A stretch of 63,891 nucleotides of DNA, the filler included, from Collodictyon triciliatum (Eukaryota), in the NCBI GenBank assembly GCA_043381765.1. It is 4 parts of 4 records of this genome, joined end to end, with 100 filler letters (N's around TTAATTAATTAA, not from the genome) between each part and the next. Parts side by side here need not be neighbours in the genome. Positions count along the whole stretch, not along the records: positions 1 to 25,518 come from JBHJMP010001042.1; 3 more parts are not named here. One strand, written 5' to 3'. A model generated the notes under the pieces. The model was given only the letters and a program-made list of their open reading frames with translations. It ran no database searches and was not told the DNA's origin. The position numbers were made by a program, and so were the translations under genes. Shown here piece by piece: positions 1-12,000 of this stretch. Positions within the stretch are counted from its first letter, which is position 1, and each line of letters starts with the position of its first letter.

Positions 1-246
1 AAGACTTTGGTTTTATGAGAGGAACCAGCTGGCATTCAATACCAAAAAAAAAAAAAAAAGGCTTTACGTGATTGAAAGGCAAGGAGTTGGCATTGATGGT
101 TTGTGTTTTGCGATGGAATTCAGACCACTTACACAGCTTCAGTCTTAGAAAGAAAAAAGGAGGGCGGAGAAAGAATATGTGTTTTTTTGTATTTGGTCTC
201 GATTCTCTGTCTAGCCCCCTGGGGGTGCGAATCCATAGGGAGTTGG

Positions 247-675
247 TTAGTTTTCTTCTGGGGCGGCCTCGGTGGCGTTAGAAGACGTGGCTTTCGCGGC
301 AAAGGTGTATTTCCCTTCGGTCTTGAAAAGCTGCTTGAAGTGAGGCTTGCAGTATGTCTGCCCGTTCATGGCAGCAAAGTTGCTGAGAGTCAGGAGCCCC
401 TTGCAGTGGAGGCAGCGGAAGCAGGCTTTGTGGTAGACTTTGTTGTCAGCGGTGATTCTTTCAGTGGCGTAGACGGTCTAGAGAACATGTTTTGAAAAAA
501 TGGGGAAAAGAAAACCAAAGTCACGTCCTGTTCAAACCCCTGCAAAGGGAAGGGAATCATCCACACCTAATGTACCAATTATTATAATGTCGTTTTATTC
601 GGATTGTGGAAGGAGTGGCAGGAGGAAGCTTACCTTGGTGCAGTTCGTACACTTTTCTGACTTTCCCCCCAGCAT
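247..675 (-). CDS. Single-LIM-domain zinc-binding protein (CRP/LIMD2-like), 90 aa, 2 exons (675-634, 477-247)
   Basis: Spliced by eye (AAG|GTAAGC ... TAG|ACC): MLGGKSEKCTNCTK-TVYATERITADNKVYHKACFRCLHCKGLLTLSNFAAMNGQTYCKPHFKQLF. This gives the full LIM pattern Cx2C...Hx2Cx2Cx2C...Cx2H. Missed by the ORF track. Confidence 0.92.
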
Positions 676-1297
676 TCTAGCGCTTTTTTTTTTTTTTTTT
701 GCCTGGTAAATAAGTTGGGGGTCAGTAAGGAAGAGCCAAAAATAAAAAAAAAAACGAGAGAGAGAAAGAGAATTCAACCGAGAGTTCTCGTCACATCACC
801 AGCTAGTGTTTGAAAGGAGTTTGTGTTGTAGGATGCTGTCGCTGTCTTGGAGGAGGCGACAGCGCATTGGTTTGCCTGGGACATTGATGTTGGCCGTGAA
901 GGTTTGGGCTTGATTGTTTGCATGTGACGTGTGGTTGGGCTGCTTCAAAAAATAAGCACGAAAAATACAGATGTCGATTTTGCATATTTGGATTGGGAAT
1001 GATATTTGGGTCTTTATTTATTTGTGGAAACAATTACAAATATTCTTGTATGCTCCACATAATCTTTCATACCCTCTTAAGTAATAAAAATTGTATACTT
1101 GATTATTTATTATTCTATTACAAAAACAAAATTAGACAATGATTCAGATAAATAATAAGGTATTCTGACCCATGAGTTCAGTTCCACTCTGTCTCTAACC
1201 AATGTCGACAATCATTCAATAATTATGTGCAAACTAGTACTAAATTATTGAAAATACATATAATTTTCCATTTGAAGGTAAATATATAGATTTTTAG

Positions 1298-1634
1298 GGT
1301 CGGAGTTTGTTAATTCTATATAAAAATTTGTGCAAACGGCGCAGAAGCCATTGTCAATTCCTGCAGCGCACCAATGTGAAAGAGAATGGCGAAGAGACGG
1401 CCGAGCGCCATAAGTTCAACGCTGTTCGAAGAATAGCCAGCGGGGATATATATAAAGGGCGCAAGCGGTTTCAGTAATTCGTTCCGCCGTTCTGTCCCCC
1501 CTTGTTGTCCCTTCGGTTTCACCTCTTCTCGCAGGCGCGTTTTTGATCACGAAAGGGTTGCTTTTGAAGAACAGATCAGGAGTATTGAGTTTTGTCCCAT
1601 TCACCAGCCCCACCGCAGCATTCAAGAAGAATAA
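1298..1634 (+). CDS. Possible small spliced hypothetical gene (exons ~1298-1473 and 1535-1634; start not found)
   Basis: Removing GTAATT...pyrimidine tract...CGCAG (1474-1534) gives a continuous frame ...ERHKFNAVRRIASGDIYKGRKRFQRVFDHERVAFEEQIRSIEF...*. No family recognised. Confidence 0.35.
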
Positions 1635-2126
1635 GAGAGAGGTTGACCCTGGCTTTCTAAAGTCCGTCTCATTTTCGCTCGTGGTATAACATCGCGTCCT
1701 CCCAGCCCCACCTCGTCCTTTTATATTTCTCGGGTTTTAAATAAGGAAGCACCCTTTCAACCCTTCACGAAAACACCAAGAGTGCCAACGAGGATGCCTC
1801 GCCGCCTAGGCTTTTCCAAATCAAAACGGGGGAGTGTACTTATTTCCTCAACCTTGCACAAGCTTGAGTGGATATCATCTTACATTTGAGTGAACGTGTA
1901 AGAGAGTTAAGGAAAGCGTCAATCCAGGGTTTTCAGAGGCTTCCATCGATCGATTATTTTTTCCTGGGAATTTTTTTATTATTATTTATCACCTTGAGTT
2001 ACCCAACTTTTTCTCCTCCCCCCTTCCTGTCTTCCTCAGGCGCCCCCCTGCCGAATAGATAATGCCTACTTTCCTCACAACACACAACGTCCAACAGAAA
2101 CACAGACAAAGAAAGCCTGCAGAACC

Positions 2127-5100
2127 ATGTCGGAAGGAGTCATCCGCATCAAGCCGCACCACTACATCCATGTGCTGAACAACAACACCAACGTGACCGA
2201 CGTGCTTGTGGGGCCCAACACGTACACGCGCAAGGACGAGGAAAAGGCATGTGAACCTTCCCTTCCCTTCCCTTCCCTCCCACTCCGTGTTATTGCAGTA
2301 CCAACCCTATCCCTACCTCCCGTCGCGGTGCACAAACCCTCGCCTTGTCTCGTCCCAACCGCAGCTGTCACAAACAAGACAAATCCCCCTCTGTTTTTCC
2401 TATTCCCCTCCTATATCCTCACCTCTTATTATTCCTTCTTTCTTCTTCTTCTTGGACGTGTGGCGCAGATCGTGCTTGGGCCTGAGGCGATGGTCAGCGT
2501 GCCGCCGCGCCACTACGTGCGGATCAGCAACCCGGTGGTGGTCGACTCCGAGGGGCAGCCGCAGCGGGATGCGTTTGGGCAGGTGCTTCTGCGGTTCGGC
2601 GACGAGGAGTACCGTTTCTCGCAGGATCCGTTCCCGCTGTACCCTGGGGAGAAGCTGCTGGGGAGCATCACGGCGCTGGCGGTGATTGGCGAGAACCAGG
2701 CGCTGCGCCTACGCGCGGTGCGGGACTACGAGGAGACGGAGAGCGTGCACCGCACAGCCGGAGACGAGTGGCTGTTTGTGGGGCCCGGGACGTACCAGCC
2801 GCACGTGGCGGTGACGATTGTGGAGAAGCTGTCTGCGACGATCCTCAAGCCCAACCAGGCGCTGCGGCTGCGGGCACGGTTCGACACGCAGGACCACAAG
2901 GGCCAGCAGCGGCGGACGGGCGAGGAGTGGCTGGTGCGGCAGGCTGGAGCGTATCTGCCCGGGGTGCACGAGGAGGTGGTGGGCGTGGTGAGCGCGCAGG
3001 TGCTGACCGACAAGCGCGCGCTGCATCTGCGTGCGCTGCGCTCCTTCACCGATGTCTACGGCGTGGCCCGCAAGGCCGGGCAGGAGTGGCTGATCACGCA
3101 CGCGCAGACCGAGACGCATCTGCCCGACGTGCACGAGGAGGTGGTGGGCGAGGTGCGCGTCACGTCGCTGTCCAACCGCCAGTACTGCGTGGTGCTGGAC
3201 CCCGTGGGCGCAGACGGCGTGCGGCGACTGGGCCAGCGCGAGCTGCGCGTGGGCGAGGCTTCCTTCTTCCTGCAGCCGGGCGAGCGCCTTGAGCGCGGCA
3301 TCCAGAACGTCGACGTGCTGGGCGAGGGCGAGGCGCTGCTGCTGCGTGCGCGCGAGGGCTTCACAGACACCGCCACCGACGGCGCAAAGCCCCACGCGCG
3401 CCAGCCCGGCGACCGCTGGATGGTCTACGGGCCCGCCGACTACGTGCCGCCCGTCCAGGTCGACATTGTGGAGCGCCGCACAGGCATCTCGCTCGATTCC
3501 AACGAAGGCATCTACGTCCGCGACATCCGCACCGGCCGCGTCCGTGCCGTCGTCGGCGAGAGCCACATGCTGCTGGCCAACGAGGAGCTGTGGCGCAAGG
3601 AACTGCGTCCCGACCTCGAGCTGCTGCTCCAGCACGGCACCATCGCCGTCGAGACCGCCTCCTCCCTGCCCCTCCAGCCCCGCGACAAGACCCGCGTCGT
3701 CTCCTACCGCGCCCCACACAACTCCGTCGTCCAGATCTACGACTACAAGGCAAAGTGCGCCCGCGTCGTCTTTGGGCCCGACCTTGTTATGCTCGGCCCC
3801 GACGAGCAGTTCACCTGCGTCTCCCTCTCGGGCTCCAAGCCCAAGCGTCCGGCCTTCCTCAAGACCATTGCCGTCTCCCTTGGGCCTGACTTTATGACCG
3901 ACATCATCACCGTCGAGACCGCCGACCACGCCCGGTAGGCTATGTCTCCCTCTCTCTTAATATAATATATAGACTTATTTGAATTTATAAGCAGCAGCTT
4001 ATGGCTCCCACCAACTCGCTACTTTTCGCTTTCCACCACACTGGTCGCACCAAATTTCACCTTGGCTCCCACCAACTCACTACTTTTCGCATTGCGGACT
4101 GACCACACCAAATTTTAATTTCGCCTACCCTAACCCACTCTCGCATTCTGCGCTGGCTGCACCAAACTCCACATCTGCCTGCTCACGAACCTCCTCACAC
4201 AGGCTTCAGCTGCAGCTCTCGTACTCGTGGTACTTCCGCATCAACAAGCAGGCGGACCGGTCCACCCTGGAAGCATCTGCCGCAAAGATCTTCAACGTCC
4301 CGGACTTTGTCGGAGATGCATGCAAGACAATGGCCTCGCGCATCCGCGCCGCAGTGGCCGGGCGACCGTTCGATGAGTTCCACAAGTACTCGTCGGATAT
4401 CATCCGCGTGGCCGTCTTTGGGCGGACGGCGGTGGAGAGCGGGCGCCCCGAGTTCTTCAACGCATCCAACAACCTGGTGATCTCGTCCATCGATATCCAG
4501 AGCGTGGAGCCGGTCGACCAGCGCACGCGCGACTCGCTGCAAAAGTCTGTGCAGCTGGCCATCGAAATCACGACGCAGTCGCAGGAGGCGTCTGCGCGCC
4601 ACGAGGCCGAGCGCCGCGAGCAGGAGGCCAAGGCCCGTCTCGAGCGCCAGCGCATCCAGGACGAGGCCGACGTCGAGGCCCAGCGCAAGGAGCTGCTCGA
4701 GCTGCAGGCCCAGACCGCAAAGGTTGAGGCCATCGGTGTTGCCGCTGCCGAGGCCCACGCCACCGCAGAGGCCTCCCGCATCGAGGGCGAGGCTGCCGTC
4801 AAGCTGGCCAAGCTCAAGGCCGAGGCCCTCCAGATTGAGTCTGCTGCCGAACTCAAGCATCTCAAGAACTCAAACTCGGCCCAGGTCGACCACCGCAAGC
4901 GCCTCATCGAGCTCGAGACCTTCCGCTCCGAGCAGCTTGCCTCCATCGAGGCCGAGAAGTTTGCCTCCATCGTCAACGCCATCGGCCCAAAGACCATCGA
5001 GTCCATCGCAAGAGCCGGCCCCGAAATGCAGGCCAAGCTCCTCTCGGGCCTCGGCCTCCAGGGCTACCTCGTCACTGACGGCACCAACCCCATCAATCTC

Positions 5101-5145
5101 TTCCAGACCGCTGCCGGCATGATTCACCCGGGCGGCTCCGCCTAA
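2127..5145 (+). CDS. MVP: Major vault protein, ~842 aa, 3 exons (2127-2246, 2469-3934, 4203-5145)
   Basis: N-terminus IRIKPHHYIHVLNNNTNVT; vault repeats (GDEWLFVGPGTYQP, GEEWLVRQAGAYLPGVHEEV); shoulder region ([36 protein letters not shown]); cap helix (DQRTRDSLQKSVQLAIEITTQSQEA); C-terminal AGPEMQAKLLSGLGLQGYLVTDGTNPINLF. Confidence 0.97.
4003..4170 (+). repeat. Imperfect ~60-nt tandem duplication in MVP intron 2
   Basis: GGCTCCCACCAACTC(G/A)CTACTTTTCGC occurs at ~4003 and ~4063; CACCAAA motif recurs three times. Confidence 0.7.
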
Positions 5146-6009
5146 TCGCCTGCGTCCATCCGAAGGGTCGCTCCCTCGCTCCAGACACCGCACGCTCTGT
5201 CCCATCCAGTTGTCTCATCGAACCCGTCTTCTTCCCTTCTTCCTTCCTCTTATCTCTCTTCCCTATATCTTGCTGTCGGGTTCGAAGCGATGTCCGTCGC
5301 GTGCGTGTTGTCGATTCCGGCACTCTAAAGCCCTGCTGTCTTCTCTCTGCCTGGATGATTGGGGTGAGAATAAAGAAAATAAAGAAAATTAAAAAAAAAA
5401 AAAAGGGAGGAAAGGATCGAGACAAGCCACCTTTGCTTCATACCCTTTCCAGCCGCTGCCCATCATCCTGTCTTGCCTCAGTTCCTACAGAGCATACACC
5501 CTATTCACCCAAAGCAACCGCCGCATCCCACCCTTTATTTTCCCGACGAAGCACAACGCAACCCATCGCCGAACCGCACAAACAAATGGATATAGTTTCC
5601 AGATTCAGTCTGCAACCGAAAGCCACCAACCACGACGGCAAACACCCAGTGATCGCTTTATCGTGGCTGAGTTTCTTTGACCCACAGCGCGCCGACCCGC
5701 ACACTCACTAATGGCTTCCTCCATCGCGGTGACTCGTCAAACTCTCACAAGCTTGAGAGATACAAAGTTATGAGCAAGGCGAAACCAATCATTTCTTTCT
5801 ATTTGCCCTTCTCTCACACAAATAACGCCCCCTTTGTGCTTCTTTAAATCGAATAAAGGAAAAAAAAAAAAAAAAAAAAAAAAAAAGAAAAAAAAAGGAA
5901 GCTCCCTTTGCGCTTTCCAGCGTGCTTTGCCCACCCCGCTCACCGCTTTTCCTCAAACGTCTCTTCATTTCCCCCCCCTCTTGCACAAAAGCAGGGAAAG
6001 TGTGCCCCA

Positions 6010-9000
6010 ATGAGCCTGTACAAAAACACAAACTACCGCCAGCAGAAACGCACCGAGCTTGGCCTTTCCGTCCGTGCCGAGGGCGCCACGCTCTACCAGG
6101 AGGTCCTCACCTCGACTGCGGGGCCAAACGTCCCAACCCCACTCACGGCGTCACGACCTGCCTCGACCAACCAGGGCGTTCCTTTCACACCCGGCCTCGG
6201 CCCTCTCCACACTTTCCCGAATCCCAAAAGCCCTCTCCAGCGACAATCCACGGCAAAGTCCGAGTCCTTTTCCACACTCGCTGGTCATGCAAACACGACA
6301 CAAACATCCTCAGCCGGCAAACACGGCCATCGCTCAAAGTCTCGGTTCCCTCCTCCCCCAGGGATGTCCCAGTTGCCTTACTTCCCGGATTCCCAACAGC
6401 AGCTTCAGTTTCTTCTACAGCAACAACAGCTCATCCAATATCAAAACACTTCCTACGGCCACCTGGACCAGCAGGCTCGTTTGTCTCTAAGCCAGTTGGA
6501 CCGTGATCTCTCTGCTCACTTTACGCTGGACCCTTCCTTTGAGAACCCTGATGAATCGGGTCCCGCCATCGACCTCGACAACGACCTGGATTGCGACCCT
6601 CAGGACAGTTTCCAACAACATCGCCCACAGAAGCACCACACAAAAAGGAGAGCTTCCGTAAAAAAGCACCAATCCTCCTCTCAAAATTATTCTCGCCAAC
6701 AAATACCAACATCTGTCTCCCAAACTCACCCGATGGAGGCTTCAGCGATGGGTCAGTCCCAACAAAGCATCCCTGTTTCTCCTGAGGTAGACCGCTCTTT
6801 TGATGGGACCTTAGAACAGGGCCGGGATAGAGTCTCTGGAACCTATATTCTCCACAAGTCGGTCGATGAGGATGATTCTCAACCGCAACCAATTACCCAT
6901 ACATCTCCCCTGGATACAATGGGTCATTCACAACATCCTTTGCTTGCTCATTCAGCCCCCACTTCTCGGTCAAATTCCAGAATGAACGACATAAGGCGGT
7001 CATCCCCTTCCAACAGAAACCACTCTATGCATCGAGTTGACTCTGCTAGTCTTACCGGAAGAGATTTCTCTTTCATATCAGGATTTGACTTTCCAGAGGA
7101 TGACGAAAATTATGGCGTCATGCTGAACGAATCTACTGCCCTGCAAGTAATAGCGCGCCATCGATTTTTGAGAAACCTATATTTCGTTGTTGTTAGCCGT
7201 TTCTTTCTATATATTNNNNNNNNNNNNNNNNNNNNNNNNNNNNNNNNNNNNNNNNNNNNNNNNNNNNNNNNNNNNNNNNNNNNNNNNNNNNNNNNNNNNN
7301 NNNNNNNNNNNNNNNNNNNNNNNNNNNNNNNNNNNNNNNNNNNNNNNNNNNNNNNNNNNNNNNNNNNNNNNNNNNNNNNNNNNNNNNNNNNNNNNNNNNN
7401 NNNNNNNNNNNNNNNNNNNNNNNNNNNNNNNNNNNNNNNNNNNNNNNNNNNNNNNNNNNNNNNNNNNNNNNNNNNNNNNNNNNNNNNNNNNNNNNNNNNN
7501 NNNNNNNNNNNNNNNNNNNNNNNNNNNNNNNNNNNNNNNNNNNNNNNNNNNNNNNNNNNNNNNNNNNNNNNNNNNNNNNNNNNNNNNNNNNNNNNNNNNN
7601 NNNNNNNNNNNNNNNNNNNNNNNNNNNNNNNNNNNNNNNNNNNNNNNNNNNNNNNNNNNNNNNNNNNNNNNNNNNNNNNNNNNNNNNNNNGCCGCTCAGA
7701 AATTGATGGCAGGCTAAGAAACCAATCGGTATGGTTTATGCTTTTATTCATAAATTCAGAAATCACTATTACATTTGTATTGCTTCCATTATTCAACTCT
7801 GCCTTTTTTCTTGGATTAAATTCAAAGAAATGATTAATTTCCACTTTATTCCACCGAAAGATGACAATATAGACTCTCACTATGCATACGTTTCCCCACT
7901 ATTGTATCACATTCTGTAGCAGATTGTGTAAAAAGAAAAGAAAAAAACATCATGGTCAAATAAAAGAGTATACTGTGACAAAAACTAAAATGCTATAAAA
8001 TTTCCTAAATATCTAGAATAAGCAGAGGAAAAACATCCTCAAAGAACTAGAGCTTCGGCGAAGCCACAACTTTAGTGGCTCGGGTACGCATTCAACTATA
8101 GATGAAAAGGGGCACAAGAAGGTTAATCAAGCAAGAGCAGTTTCATCAACTTATTTCATGATATCTTTATTATAATTATTGGGTTAACATATCATCCAAG
8201 TAGAGCTGCACTGGTATGGTCAACTATTGAATTGGATAAAATCACCCACTTTATTTTAGCATATGTTTATGGCAAATTTCTATTATTCGTAGATAGTCAT
8301 ATGGTGATATTTAAACTTTAGGAGGAATTTGATGACGAGGAGGAAGAGCATTCCTTTGATGTTGGGAAAACTGTTGCCTTACTCCTTGCCGCTGGACAAA
8401 AACAACATAAGAAACTTTATTCTAGGGTAAATATATTCACTGGTCCATCAAAGGCTGTTTTTGTTTGATTTTTTTCTTTTTCCTTTTCCTTTATGCTTTT
8501 ACTTTCTTCACTGTAGCTTCTCTTCGCTCGATTTTTTTCTTCGTAATTCGGCGTGTCATTTGTCCAATAAAAAAAAAAAACTACTAGGGAAAAGTTATTT
8601 TCGAATCTATGCTGGCCGACGCCCAAAAGAAAAAAGAAAAAATGGTAGCTGATGGAATCGACCCGCAAACAATAAGAGCGACGATTATCCAGCTGGAGCT
8701 GAAGGCGTATGACCGGGCATATCAAGACATTCAAAAGAGTGTAATCTTACTTACCTGGGAAGACTCTACTATCAATTATATGCTGCACATAATCATATGC
8801 ATTTATTGCTTACCTAGTTTCTTTGAAATGTTTAGCTAAGAGACCAAAATGCCGAGCTGGGTTACATGGTAAACCGCATCTACACTTATATGCGAGGTAT
8901 TGTTACAGACCTTCCAGACCAGTTAAAGGAATGCTCGTGGAGGCTTCAGGAGATGGATGGAACCATCAAGGAGCTTAAAGATAAAATTGCTGCTCTGAAT

Positions 9001-12000
9001 GACGAAAGGTTAAATGCAGGTATACTTTAAGCCTAAATGTCATTTTACTCTCTCGGTAGTGAAACAATCATTTAGTTTTCTTTCGTTTTTCTCTCGTTTT
9101 CTCCTAAACTATAACATGTGTGTCTAAATGTTTGAGTACAACCATGCTCTTAAAGGGATTTTTTTTTGAAGGAATGTGGCTTTCATAGTGCACCGAATTT
9201 TCTTTTTCTGTTTTTCTCTTAATTTTTTTTCCACAATTTTTCTTCCCACTTAAATATTTGGTCCTAATTTTTATTTTGATGGGGAACAGAACAGACCATC
9301 CGTGTAAAATCACAAGAGGTTGCTGTGTTGCAACAAAGATGCGAATTCCTACAACACGAATTAGAAGAAGCTTATGGAAGAATTAGAATGTATTATCTAC
9401 GATATGCACCATCGATCACGATTAAATTTTATCTTGTTGTGATTTATTAATTTGTTTATCAAAATTACATACCCTAATGCAGCCACGAACGCGAGCGTGA
9501 CAAAGCACTGGAAAATGTCGAGGACGAAAAAAACAACATCAAAATACTGGAGCAACAAATTCGGTATTTTTTTTTAATATTGACTAACTGTTGAATCAAA
9601 TAAAGGGAAAAAAATATTGACTAATTGTAGCCTCACTTTTTATGTTTCTATCCAAAAATATTTAAAATATGGTATTTATATGCATAATCTACTCACCCAG
9701 ACAGAAACTGCGCAATGATATATATCTTCAATAAATCTCATAGAATTATTAATTGCTTTCAATGTCCTTGTAGCGAGTTGATGATTGCTAATAGAAATAG
9801 TAATCTACACTCCCAAACGATAGCTAAGGATCTGGGTGATTCCTTCATTATATTGATATTTTTCCATTTACTTTGATCAAAATGGGTAGAAGATGATTCC
9901 TTCATATGAAACAAAATTCAAGAAAAATAATATTGACCCAAAACTAATCCCAATAATTACTCCGTAACAAAACAGAGCAGGCTCTAATAAGATATCATCA
10001 AATGGAAAAAGACATGGCCAGATTACGGTCGAACGAAGGCAAATTTGATAGAGTAAGAGTGGAGGCGATTCCACAATTTTACATACTCTGATATTGTGGT
10101 AGTAATATATGGTTTAAAGTCTATATTACCTTTTCCTAGGCACCTTTCCTTTTTTTTTTCTTCCGTTTTTTTTTCTTTTTTTATAATCACTCACCTGAAC
10201 AACAATTAAAATTATCCACAGGGAAGAGACGAAGATGATGAGTCCCCACGCGACAATCAGCCGGTAAGAGTGAATGACTACACAACCATCGTCTTACCCC
10301 CAAAAAAAAAGTTACTATTTTCAAGGTTGATTAGGATTTGCCATCTTTCAAAAAGCTACTTATTTCTAGTTTTGTGTAACTATTAGGATGAAAAAGAACT
10401 TCTACTCAAAGCCCAGAATGTATTACTACATATGGGGAAGGTAATATTGGCCATCGTCCTCTAAGATGATTTGTCAACTTGAACATGTTTGGAGGATATA
10501 CTATTTATGTGGGAAAGCTCGTAGAATCCTATAACTGATGAAATCATACAATAATTGTGCAATACGATGAGTTGGGTAAGTAAATCATTAACCTACACAT
10601 TTTAATTGAATTTCTATTTGTTTCTTAGGCAAGAGACGACTCTGATGCTGGTTCAAACTCTGACTCTTCGAGGTCTGGACTCTCAAAGGTAATAATAAAC
10701 ATAATAATAAACATAATAATAATAATAAACATAATAATAATAAACATAATAATAATAAACATAATAATAATAATAAACATAATAATAATAATAAACATAA
10801 TAATAATAATAAACATAATAATAATAAACATAATAATAATAAACATAATACTAATAAACATAATAATAATAAACATAATAAATAGACAAAAAATAAGTTA
10901 TGGGTTTATTTGATGTAGCTTTATATTAAAAGCAATGAATTGACTGGCTCAAAAACTGAAAGGACCATCATGCAATCGATCGATTAATCCAATTATATGT
11001 AAAATCCTCAGGCTGGCTCAAAGAAGAAAAAGAAACCTACTCCCATACAAGTGAAGAAAGGTTTTTATCTTATAACACATGCTTCTGTTCATCATATCTC
11101 TTTGAATCCAAATCTACGTAAAGCCAACACTAGTCAATTTTACACAGGCGGGAAAACGTCGAGTGGCAAAAAGGATGATGGGGCATCAAGTCCTATTGTC
11201 GAAGAAATTCAAGCAAGACTCAGCAAACTTCAGCCAGGACTACCTATAGACGGTTCGTGTACACATTTTTTTATCACATAGCGAGATATATTCTTTATAA
11301 TTTTATTCCATGAATATACGTGATTCATTATGGATTTCCGTCAGACATATTTAGTTTACTCTAATATCACGCCCGTATTCTATTGTTCAAAGTATTAGAT
11401 AGTCTGTCAAATTTTATCATGTCTTAGGTTCTAGTGACATAGGCAAGAAAATCACCATGATTCTAGAGCGACTAGCCTCACTGGAGGCTGCGGCCGGGAA
11501 AAAATCAATGGACAACCTCCCAGAAAACGTAAAATTTTGATATAATCTTATAGGAAAAGAGATACCGGATGTATTTTTTTTTTAACTTTATGATGATTGC
11601 TGCTCTCATTAATTGTACGGTCCATTTGTTATATTTTACATCAAACAGGCAACATCGATTTTCTAACTTTTCTTTCATCTTTTTTTTTTTTTTTTTAAAA
11701 AAAAGGGGCAGAAACCAAACACTTTAACGAACGCAAAAAGATATATACCTTATTTGGATGATATTGATAGAGACCCTGCCTTCGTCAAAAGGGCAATTAG
11801 GTTACACAAAGTTCCTATCAGCTATAATTCGCTATTGATTATTTCACGATTTTGAAAATCTTAATTTACCAAAATGAAAATCTACATAACCTTGAATTCA
11901 AATATGCCACACATACCCTGTTCATTAGAGGGGTTGAATGGTTAGGGATAATGATAGAGTCTATATATGATGAGAAAATATTCAGTGACGTGGCAGATCT

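Noticed and set aside
2709-5205. Long antisense and alternate-frame ORFs over MVP
   Set aside because: Expected shadow ORFs of a GC3-rich coding sequence.
7110-7880. ORFs spanning N gaps (also ~44000-44800, 53440-53990, 55800-56670)
   Set aside because: Artefacts of translating Ns.
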